Assembly: GCA_965214485.1 (NCBI GenBank)
Contig: CBDCBW010000009.1
Location: forward strand, 82,414-146,413
DNA from: Rhodothermales bacterium
GTDB lineage: Bacteria > Bacteroidota > Rhodothermia > Rhodothermales > JANQRZ01
Length of the DNA: 64,000 nucleotides
Reading direction: 5' to 3'
The notes below the pieces were generated by a model. The model did not search any database and was not told the DNA's origin. It saw only the letters and a program-made list of their open reading frames with translations. A program made the translations under genes and the position numbers. Positions 29,802 to 37,700 of this stretch are shown here, piece after piece (position 1 is the first letter of the stretch; each line of letters opens with the position of its first letter).

Positions 29802-31520
29802 TCACCGCACGAGCGTCACGCGCTGGGTCTGCACGGCAGAGCCCGCCGCGAGGCGGACGAGGTAGACGCCGCTCGGCGCGTCTTCGGCGTCCCACCGCGC
29901 CTCGTGTTGCCCCGCCGCGAGCGGCTCGTCCACGAGCAGCGCCACGCGCCGCCCGCGCACGTCGAGCACCTCGATTCTCACGTCGGCGGCCCCGGGCAGG
30001 TCGAAGGGCAGCGTCGCGCGCGCCGTCGCCGGGTTCGGGAAGGGCGCGTGGAGCGCGACGGCCGCCGGTAGCCCGGCCCGGGCCGCCCCATCGGCGAAGG
30101 CCGCGGCGGGCTGCTTCTGGAAGGTGAAGGTGTCGGACGCCGGCCCGGCCTCGACGCGGACGGTGTAGGTGCCCGCCGGAGCCGCCGCCGGGACCCTCTC
30201 GCTCAGCCTCGGGCGGACGCTGGTGCCCGGCGGCAGCGTGAAGGTCCGCATCTGCACGACGCGCGTCGCCCCATTCGGCAGCGTGGCGACGAGCTGGCCC
30301 TCGAAGGTCTGCGCCGTGCCCGTCAGGTTTGTGACCTGGACGTCGAAGGCGACGGCCCCGCCGGAGGCCGGGACGGTCGTCGTGAGCGGCGTCACGGCGA
30401 GGGCGAGGGCGGCCTGCTCGAAGGGGTCGCTCCAGCGCTCGTCGGTCACGAGCGACGAGTCGGTGAGCGTGCGCAGGAAGGCCACGAGCGCGGCCTTGTC
30501 GCTGGCCGGGAGGTTGAGCCGGAGGGGCTGCCCCTGGGCGTCGCGCAGCCGGCCGTCGAGGTTGGGGTGGCTCTGCACGCCCGAGTCGTAGAACTCGACG
30601 ACCTCTTCGAGCGTGGCGAAGCGCCCGTCGTGCATGTAGGGGGCCGTGAGGGCGACGTTGCGGAGCGAGGGCACCTTGAACTTGCCGTCGTCGGCAGGGT
30701 TGCCCGTGACGGCCCCGAGGCCCTGGTCGGTGGTGGCCACGTCGAGGCCGATGTTGCGGGCGCGGTCGCCGATGAAGGCGTCGGTGGCGTGGCAGCGGCT
30801 GCACTCGGTCTGGGTGCTGAAGAAGAGCTGCTTCCCGCGGTTCTCCTCGGCGGTGAAGTTGGGGAAGGGCTGGGTGCGGAGCCGCTGCGCGCGGCCCTCG
30901 TCGTAGCGCGCCTCGGCCGAGACGATGGAGCGCCCGAACTGCGCGAGCGCCTGGCCGATCCGCTCCGGCGTGATCTCCGGCGTCCCGAAGGCGTCCTCGA
31001 AGAGGCCGGGGTAGAACGTCGTCGCCTCGAGCCGGGCGACGACCTCGGGCAGCGTCATGCCCATCTCGACCGCGTCCTGGATCGGCATCAGGGCCTGGTC
31101 CTCGACCGAGGCGGCGCGCTCATCCCAGAAGGCCCGCCCGTTGGCGTAGAACCGGAGGTTCGCCATCCCCATCGAGTTGCGGCCCGTCAGCCCGCCCTCG
31201 AAGCCCGAGCTGAACCGGTCGGGGTCGCTGAAGCCGTGCTCCTGCTGGTGGCACGAGGCGCACGAGATCGACTGGTTGCGCGAGAGCCGGGTGTCGTAGA
31301 AGAGCACGCGCCCGAGCGTCGCGCCCTCGTCCGTGACCGGGTTGCCGGCGGGGGTGTTGTCCTCCTGCTGGAGGTCGAAGCCGCTGAGGTGGGCCGGGAG
31401 CGTGAGGTTGGCGTAGTTGAACGGCGTGGCCGGCAGCGTCGGCGTCCCGCTCTGGCGGACGGTGAAGGCGACGAGCAGGACGGCGGAGGCGAGGCCGAGC
31501 GTACGTAGCAGACGGGACAT
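29802..31520 (-). CDS. Di-haem cytochrome c peroxidase / MauG-family protein with T9SS C-terminal sorting domain
   Basis: From ATG 31520 (MSRLLRTLGLASAVLLVAF). Two CxxCH motifs (SCASCHQQEHGFSDP and ECSRCHATD). A ~115-aa beta-module is followed by FPNPATARATL...GVYLVRLAAGSAVQTQRVTLVR. Confidence 0.88.
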   Translation of the reverse strand: MSRLLRTLGLASAVLLVAFTVRQSGTPTLPATPFNYANLTLPAHLSGFDLQQEDNTPAGNPVTDEGATLGRVLFYDTRLSRNQSISCASCHQQEHGFSDPDRFSSGFEGGLTGRNSMGMANLRFYANGRAFWDERAASVEDQALMPIQDAVEMGMTLPEVVARLEATTFYPGLFEDAFGTPEITPERIGQALAQFGRSIVSAEARYDEGRAQRLRTQPFPNFTAEENRGKQLFFSTQTECSRCHATDAFIGDRARNIGLDVATTDQGLGAVTGNPADDGKFKVPSLRNVALTAPYMHDGRFATLEEVVEFYDSGVQSHPNLDGRLRDAQGQPLRLNLPASDKAALVAFLRTLTDSSLVTDERWSDPFEQAALALAVTPLTTTVPASGGAVAFDVQVTNLTGTAQTFEGQLVATLPNGATRVVQMRTFTLPPGTSVRPRLSERVPAAAPAGTYTVRVEAGPASDTFTFQKQPAAAFADGAARAGLPAAVALHAPFPNPATARATLPFDLPGAADVRIEVLDVRGRRVALLVDEPLAAGQHEARWDAEDAPSGVYLVRLAAGSAVQTQRVTLVR

Positions 31521-31659
31521 GAGCAGCGTGCGATAACGTGTGGGGCGGGAGCGGAAGGGGTGCGGCGCGCGGAGGATAAGAGCGTGAAACAGGGAAGTCA
31601 AGCCCCTCAGGGCGCATTCTCCGTGAGCCTCCCGCTTACATGTGCATGCATCACGAGAA

Positions 31660-31688
31660 CGCCCCGGCCTGCTGGGCAGACCGGGGCG
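31660..31688 (-). terminator. Stem-loop downstream of the CsbD-like gene
   Basis: cgccccgg pairs with ccggggcg, with a 13-nt loop, 39 nt after the stop codon. Confidence 0.45.
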
Positions 31689-31726
31689 CGCTCCCCGGAG
31701 GGAGGAGCCTGGCTCGAGGAGCCTGG

Positions 31727-31921
31727 CTAGACCTTCTTACGGACAGCGTCACGGGCGTCCGCCACCTTTTGTTTGGCCTTGCCTTTGGCCTCATCGACCT
31801 TGCCTTTGGCGTGGGTCGAGGCGTCGTCCGTAACGTCGCCCCAGGCTTGCTTGGCTTTGCCTTTGGCTTCGTCCATCAGGCCCTCGGCTTTCTGCTGAGT
31901 CAGAGATTTCTTGTCGGCCAT
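31727..31921 (-). CDS. CsbD family stress-response protein (64 aa)
   Basis: MADKKSLTQQKAEGLMDEAKGKAKQAWGDVTDDASTHAKGKVDEAKGKAKQKVADARD shows the typical CsbD repeat pattern. Confidence 0.85.
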   Translation of the reverse strand: MADKKSLTQQKAEGLMDEAKGKAKQAWGDVTDDASTHAKGKVDEAKGKAKQKVADARDAVRKKV

Positions 31922-32021
31922 CGTGGGACCTCGCGGGATGAGTGGCTTGGGAGCGCGCCGAAGCGTGCGTATGCCGGCTTGAATAGCAGCCGGTCCTTTT
32001 TGTGCCGCGCCCCGGACGAAT

Positions 32022-32738
32022 TCACGAGCCGCCGCTGCGGGAGCGGAGGAAGTCCTCGCGCAGCGTCCGCGTCACCCGGTCGGCGGCGAACTCGGCGAGG
32101 CGGGCGAGGCCGCGCTCCATCTCCTCGGCGGAGAGCCCCGCGAGCGCCCGCGCCGTGACGACGTTGCCCGCCGCCGGGGGCAGCCCGAGGAGCACGTTCG
32201 TGAGCACCTCGCGCTCGCGGAGCCGGTCCTCCCAGACGGTCTCCCGCGTCGGGCCGTCGAGCAGGACGAGGTCGACCTCGACGGCGAAGTAGGTCGCGCC
32301 GTCGTACGAGTCGGCGACGAGGCCGATCCGGTAGACCCGGAGGTCGAGCACGAAGTCGGCCTCCGCCGGATTGTCGACGGGGCGGAGGCCGAGGGTGGGG
32401 GCGCTGCCGGCGAGCGCGCGCCGGGCGATGACCTCGGCGACGTCGACGCGCGCCGCCGCCGAGTCGAGGCGGGCCTGCGCCTTGCGCGCCTGCTCCCACT
32501 TCGCGCCGGCCGTGCCGACCCGGAGGGCGGTGCCGATGGGGTCGTAGGGGTCGATGAACGCCTCGCTCCACGAGCCGCTCAGCACGCGCGGCCCCGGCGG
32601 GACGGCCGCGATGACCGCCACGCTGCGGCCGTCGAAGCGGTAGTCGGCCAGCCGGTTGGACGGCCCGCAGCCGGAGACGGCGGGCAGCACAGCGAGCGCG
32701 AGCAGCACGGCACAGAGGGAAGACCGGGGAGTGCACAT
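32022..32738 (-). CDS. Lipoprotein of unknown function (238 aa)
   Basis: From ATG 32738: [24 protein letters not shown] lipobox. No recognisable family. Confidence 0.6.
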   Translation of the reverse strand: MCTPRSSLCAVLLALAVLPAVSGCGPSNRLADYRFDGRSVAVIAAVPPGPRVLSGSWSEAFIDPYDPIGTALRVGTAGAKWEQARKAQARLDSAAARVDVAEVIARRALAGSAPTLGLRPVDNPAEADFVLDLRVYRIGLVADSYDGATYFAVEVDLVLLDGPTRETVWEDRLREREVLTNVLLGLPPAAGNVVTARALAGLSAEEMERGLARLAEFAADRVTRTLREDFLRSRSGGS

Positions 32739-32934
32739 CGGGATTGGGGTGGGCGTGGGGCAGGATAGGCACACGGGACGTATTTTCCCAGCCGCCCGGC
32801 CCGCGCCTCGGGTAACAGCCGCCGAGAGGGGACGCCCTGTTGATCCGGGCGCACACGTGGGTCCGGGCGACCACGTGGGTTCGCCTACGCTCTCCCGGTC
32901 CCCCTCCTCTTCTGTCGTCTTTCTGCCCTGCCCC

Positions 32935-33297
32935 ATGCCCTACATCGTCGCCGAGCCCTGCATCAACTGCAAGTACACCGACTGCGTCGAGGTCTGCCCC
33001 GTCGACTGCTTCTACGAGGGGCCGAACTTCCTCACGATCCACCCCGACGAATGCATCGACTGCAACGCCTGCGTCCCGACGTGCCCCGTCGAGGCGATCT
33101 ACGCCGACGACGAGCTGCCGGCGAAGTGGGAGCACTACGTCGAGTGGAACGCCTACCTCGCCGAGCAGTGGCAGGCGCTGGGCTACAACATCACCGAAAA
33201 GAAGGACGAGCTGCCGACGGCCGAGACCTATTCAGCCGAGCCCCTGCTCAGCCAGAAGTCCGAGGAGGACATCCTGACGTGGGAAGGCGCGGAGTAG
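32935..33297 (+). CDS. fdxA: 7Fe ferredoxin ([3Fe-4S][4Fe-4S], FdxA type)
   Basis: From ATG 32935: [56 protein letters not shown]. Confidence 0.92.
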   Translation: MPYIVAEPCINCKYTDCVEVCPVDCFYEGPNFLTIHPDECIDCNACVPTCPVEAIYADDELPAKWEHYVEWNAYLAEQWQALGYNITEKKDELPTAETYSAEPLLSQKSEEDILTWEGAE

Positions 33298-34136
33298 TGG
33301 GGAGGCGCGGAGCAGTGGGGGGGCGCGGAATAGGCCGAGCGCCTCGGCCCGCCCGGTCGCTCGGTCGGGCGGGCGGGCTGGTTCTGCTCGCCGGGCTGGC
33401 GGCGGGCTGCGTCCCGGCTCCCGAGCCGCTGCCGGAGCCGGCGCTCTACGTGGTGCTGGCGGGGCAGTCCAACATGGCGGGCGTCTTCGCCCCGGCTCCG
33501 GCCGACACCGTAGCCACCGAGCGCGTCCGGATGTACCACCCCGAGCGCGGTTGGGTGCCGGCCCGCGAACGGCTACACCCGGCGGGCGGCGTCGGGCCGG
33601 GGCTGGCGGCGGGCCGGGCGCTGGCGGCGGCGCGGCCGGGCGTCACGGTCGGGCTGATCCCCTGCGCCGTCGGTGGGTCGTCGGTGGCGGACTGGGCCGA
33701 AGGCCCACGGCGGCGGTGGCTGCTCCGGCGGCGCTACGGCCCGCACGTGGACACGTGCACGGAGCGCGTCCGCCGGGCGACCGGCGGGGCCCCGGCGGAC
33801 GCGCTGCTCTGGCATCAGGGGGAGTCCGAGGCGGTGGCCGGGCGGAGGGACTACGCCGCGCAGGCCGGTCCCTTCCTGCGTACCTTCGCCCGGCGCATCG
33901 GGGCGCGGTGCGTGCTCGGCGGCGAGCTTGTGGACGTGGACGCGCCGGCGGCGACCTCCGTTCGGGCGGCGCAGCGCGAGCTCTTCGGGCCGGGCCTCGT
34001 CTGGGCGGCGGACCTCCCCCTCTCGCGCGACGCCATCCACCTGACGCGTTCGAGCGCGCGCGAGCTCGGCCGGCGCTATGCGGCGGCGCTGCTCGCCGGG
34101 CAGTGTGCCCCTTCTCTTTCGGACCCTGACGCATGA
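33297..34136 (+). CDS. DUF303/SGNH-type carbohydrate O-acetylesterase-like lipoprotein
   Basis: No in-frame ATG. The GTG at 33297 overlaps the ferredoxin stop (alternative GTG at 33315). Lipobox LLAGLAAGC, VLAGQSNMAG catalytic-Ser motif, LLWHQGESE. Confidence 0.7.
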   Translation: MGRRGAVGGRGIGRAPRPARSLGRAGGLVLLAGLAAGCVPAPEPLPEPALYVVLAGQSNMAGVFAPAPADTVATERVRMYHPERGWVPARERLHPAGGVGPGLAAGRALAAARPGVTVGLIPCAVGGSSVADWAEGPRRRWLLRRRYGPHVDTCTERVRRATGGAPADALLWHQGESEAVAGRRDYAAQAGPFLRTFARRIGARCVLGGELVDVDAPAATSVRAAQRELFGPGLVWAADLPLSRDAIHLTRSSARELGRRYAAALLAGQCAPSLSDPDA

Positions 34137-35260
34137 GGAAGCTCCCTCCCGGCCGCATCCCGAGCCTTGACGGTCTGCGCGCCGTCTCGATCACGTTCGT
34201 GCTCGTCTCGCACCTCCGGAGGACGCTCCCGCCGCAGCCCTCGGTCGTCGAGCAGGGGCTGTTCTTTCTGGACAACGGCCGGCTGGGCGTGGTCGTGTTC
34301 TTCGTCATCAGCGGCTACCTCATCACGCGCCTGCTGCGGCGCGAGCAGCAGGAGACGGGCCGGATCAGCCTGTCGAGCTTCTACGCGCGCCGGACGATCC
34401 GCATCTTCCCGGCGTTCTACCTCTACGTCGGCACGATCGCGGTGCTGTCCGCCACCGGGGTGATCCGGGTCACGCGGGAGCACCTCCTCGCCGCCGGGGC
34501 GTACCTCTGGAACTACCGCCACGTCTTCATCGACGACGCCGGGACGGGGCTGTGGTACCTCGGGCACACGTGGAGCCTCTCGCTGGAGGAGCAGTTCTAC
34601 CTGCTCTGGCCGCTCACCGTGGTGCTCGTCGGGCTGCTCGGCGCGCGGCGCGCGGCGCTCGCCGTGGTGCTGCTCGCGCCGGTCTCGCGCGTGGTGACGT
34701 ACCTGGTCTGGCCCGAGTCGCGTGGGGCCATCGGGATGATGCTGCACACCGCCATCGACGGCATCCTCATCGGGGGCTTCGTGGCGCTCGTCGAGGGCGA
34801 GCCGTGGTTTGAGCGGGCGGTGGCGCGGCTGCGCAACGGGGTGCTGCCTGCTGTCGCCGTGTTCGTCGCGGTCGTCATCGTGCGTCTTTTGGCCGTTCGC
34901 TACGAAGGGACCTTCATGCTGTCAGTCGGGATGACGGTCGAGGTGGTGTGCATCGCGGTGGTGATGATGTGGGCGATCCGGTACCCGGACACCCTCGTCG
35001 GCCGGGTGCTGAACGCGAAGCCGCTGATGGCGGTCGGGGTGCTGTCGTACAGCCTCTACCTGTGGCAGCAGCTCTTCCTGGCCCCGTACCCGGACGAGGC
35101 GTTCGTCTTCCCCTTTCCGTTCAACCTCCTCGCCGCCTTCGCCGCCGCGACGGCGTCGTACTGGCTGGTCGAGAAGCCCTTCCTGCGCCTGCGCGCGCGG
35201 CTGCGTCACCGGAAGAAGCCGCTCCCGGCGCAGCAGGCCGCCGGGCGCGGTTTTCCTTGA
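34133..35260 (+). CDS. Acyltransferase-3 family membrane O-acyltransferase
   Basis: SLDGLRAVSITFVLVSH motif and about 10 hydrophobic segments. ATGA start/stop overlap with the esterase gene. Confidence 0.85.
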   Translation: MRKLPPGRIPSLDGLRAVSITFVLVSHLRRTLPPQPSVVEQGLFFLDNGRLGVVVFFVISGYLITRLLRREQQETGRISLSSFYARRTIRIFPAFYLYVGTIAVLSATGVIRVTREHLLAAGAYLWNYRHVFIDDAGTGLWYLGHTWSLSLEEQFYLLWPLTVVLVGLLGARRAALAVVLLAPVSRVVTYLVWPESRGAIGMMLHTAIDGILIGGFVALVEGEPWFERAVARLRNGVLPAVAVFVAVVIVRLLAVRYEGTFMLSVGMTVEVVCIAVVMMWAIRYPDTLVGRVLNAKPLMAVGVLSYSLYLWQQLFLAPYPDEAFVFPFPFNLLAAFAAATASYWLVEKPFLRLRARLRHRKKPLPAQQAAGRGFP

Positions 35261-35294
35261 GCACAGACCAGAGGGGAAGGGGAAACGCGTTGGA

Positions 35295-37574
35295 TCAGCG
35301 CACGAGGGTAAGCCGCTGCGTCTGCGCTTGGCCGTCCGCCACGAGCCGGACGACGTACACTCCACTCGGCAAACGGGCAGCCTCGAACCACGCCGTATGC
35401 GTGCCCGCCACCTGTGGCTCGTCCACGAGCACAGCCACGCGGCGGCCGAGCGCGTCGTAGACGGTGAGGCGCACCGGCCCGCGCTCGGCTAGGCGGTACG
35501 GGATCTCGGTGTGGGTGCGGAACGGGTTGGGAAAGCTCGGCATCAGGCCGAATCCTTTAGGGACCGCCGTGCTCGCCGCCTCCGGCGTGCGAAGGTCGTG
35601 GACGGTGCCGGGAGCGAGGAGGTCGCCTCGCTCGTCGTAGGCCAGCCAATCATCGCCGGCACCCAGCGCGCCGCCGGTGACGGTCGCGTCGAAGCGGTCG
35701 CTGCCCAGCACGGTGCCGCCCGGCCCGGCGGTCATCGTGTAGACATAGGCCCCCACGGGCGCGGCGTTCGGGACGCGCTGGCTGAACGAGAGGGTGACGG
35801 TCTGCGGCGGCGTGACGAAGACGGTGTTCGGCCCCAAGAGAGGCCCGCGCACCGAGCCGTTCGGCAGCGTCGCCTCGGTCCAGTAGTCGAACGACGCCGG
35901 GCCGTCCGGCCCGACGGCGAATGTCGCGTCGAAGAACACGCGTTCGCCGCGCGCCAAGACGACGGGCACCGGACTCGTCGGCGTGAGGGTGACGGCGAAG
36001 TCAGGCTGCGCGGTCTCGGTGAGAGTCAGCCGGTACGGTTGCCGCCAGTCGCTCGGTCCGACGCCGTCGTGGCGAACCCGGACGAAGTAGGTCCCCGCCG
36101 CAAGCGGCACGTCGGGAATCTCGATACTCGCGGTGCCCGCCGCGAAGTCGAGGCCGAGCGGCGAGTCGCCAGTGGCATAATCACCGAGCGGGGCATCGTA
36201 GAAATCGACCCGCCCGCCGAGCCCTGCGCTGGGCTCCAGCGTCACGCGCACCGCACCGCCGGTCGTCTCGACGGTGTACCAGTCGGGGTCGCTCGTGCGC
36301 GCGCCGTTCGGGACCTGGACGGAGCGGACGGTGGCCGTTCCGGCATACGTTGTGCCGGTGGCGATGGCGTAGGCGTAGGCCGGATAGTCGCCCTCGTCCA
36401 GGCCGCGGATCACGGTGTCGGTGTCTTCCTGAAGGTTGAGATGGGCGCGGTCGGTCAGAAGCGTGTCGGCCAGGCGGTACGGTGTGCCGTCGGACGGGAC
36501 GGGCACGGAGCCGCTGTAAATCCACTGCCGCTGGAGGTCTACGACCAGGTCGCCCGAGGTGCCGACATCGCTCGTGACCCAGGTGTAGCGGACGTCAGTC
36601 GGCAGCGGCATCGCCGGGTTGTCGGTCGTCCCGTCCCAGGCGTCGTCGAAGCCCTGCCCCTGCCCGCGGATGTTGATGCCGGTGATGAAGTCGTTCTCGT
36701 CGCCGTCGCCGTTGATGTCGTCGGTGTGCCAGCCGAAGCCGTTGCCCTCACTGCCGCCAAAGAGGTAGGGGCCGGGTGACTGGCAGAAGAAACAGGTGTA
36801 GTTGTAGCGCAGGTCGCGCGTGGCGGAGGAGTTGATGTCCGGCGTCCCGTCACGCTGCGCCGCGGCGTCTGTCGCGGCCGAGTCCGGACGGAAGGGGTTG
36901 CCGAAGAAGTTGCTCCCCCGGTGCGGCGTGGCGACGGTGACGAGCTTGGCGACGCGGTGCCCGTCCGGCTCGCCCGGCTCGACCCACCAGCGCGGGACGC
37001 CGCCCTCAACCCTCTGGAGGTATTCGCGCGCCGTCAGCCCGCCCATCGAGTGCCCGACGAGGACGACCTTTTCTTTACCAGGATTCGCGGCGAGCACCCG
37101 CTCGATCATCCGCCCGAGGGCGTAGCCCTGCTTGAAGCCGGACTCCTCGTTCGAGTCCGACTCCGAGGCGAAGAACCCGCCCGGCGTGTCGCCGCCGTTG
37201 AGCTCGATGAGCGGACTCGCAGGGTTCTCGTTCCAGAAGTTCTCCCAGTTGCTCGCGTAGAGGCACCCCGGCGCGAGCACGTTGCTCTCGTTCACAAACT
37301 GAATCAGCACGTCGTCGTCGGCCGTGTCCAGCAGGCCGTCCGGCCCGGCGAGGCGCTCCTCGTCCTCGTAGGCGTTGAGGACCGCGTGGAACACGTCGGC
37401 CCTAGCCCCCCAGATGGCGTTGACCGCCGGCTCGTTCGTGAACGGCACCCAGCTCTCCTGGCTGCCGGTGTAGCCGTGGAGGAAGAGCATCGGGTAGGGG
37501 CAATCGCCCGCCGGTTGCGCGAGGGCGGGCGCGGCGGTGAGGAGAAGCGCGAGTGCGGTGTAGCGAAAGAGCAT
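35295..37574 (-). CDS. Secreted alpha/beta-hydrolase (lipase/esterase) with PPC-like domains and T9SS CTD
   Basis: LFLHGYTGSQESW and nucleophile elbow VLVGHSMGGLTA. DPDWY-type pre-peptidase-like domains. C-terminal FPNPFRTHTEIPY...GVYVVRLVADGQAQTQRLTLVR. Confidence 0.85.
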   Translation of the reverse strand: MLFRYTALALLLTAAPALAQPAGDCPYPMLFLHGYTGSQESWVPFTNEPAVNAIWGARADVFHAVLNAYEDEERLAGPDGLLDTADDDVLIQFVNESNVLAPGCLYASNWENFWNENPASPLIELNGGDTPGGFFASESDSNEESGFKQGYALGRMIERVLAANPGKEKVVLVGHSMGGLTAREYLQRVEGGVPRWWVEPGEPDGHRVAKLVTVATPHRGSNFFGNPFRPDSAATDAAAQRDGTPDINSSATRDLRYNYTCFFCQSPGPYLFGGSEGNGFGWHTDDINGDGDENDFITGINIRGQGQGFDDAWDGTTDNPAMPLPTDVRYTWVTSDVGTSGDLVVDLQRQWIYSGSVPVPSDGTPYRLADTLLTDRAHLNLQEDTDTVIRGLDEGDYPAYAYAIATGTTYAGTATVRSVQVPNGARTSDPDWYTVETTGGAVRVTLEPSAGLGGRVDFYDAPLGDYATGDSPLGLDFAAGTASIEIPDVPLAAGTYFVRVRHDGVGPSDWRQPYRLTLTETAQPDFAVTLTPTSPVPVVLARGERVFFDATFAVGPDGPASFDYWTEATLPNGSVRGPLLGPNTVFVTPPQTVTLSFSQRVPNAAPVGAYVYTMTAGPGGTVLGSDRFDATVTGGALGAGDDWLAYDERGDLLAPGTVHDLRTPEAASTAVPKGFGLMPSFPNPFRTHTEIPYRLAERGPVRLTVYDALGRRVAVLVDEPQVAGTHTAWFEAARLPSGVYVVRLVADGQAQTQRLTLVR

Positions 37575-37700
37575 GGAGCGATGCAGTAGGAGGCAAAGAT
37601 GACAAGATACGCGGTCGCTCTGCCGACCTCGCCCAAGCAGACCGCCCGCCCCGGCATCGTGCCGGAGGGGGCGGATACTGTGCGCTGACAGAGAGAAAAG

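Noticed and set aside
32656-32934. N-terminal 93-codon extension of the ferredoxin ORF, and similar long extensions on ORFs 7523..8221, 7983..10625, 10913..11725, 18812..19630, 19630..22113, 32022..32936 and 41394..42941
   Set aside because: The extensions are low-complexity and overlap neighbouring genes or intergenic repeats. Internal ATGs give canonical N-termini or signal peptides.
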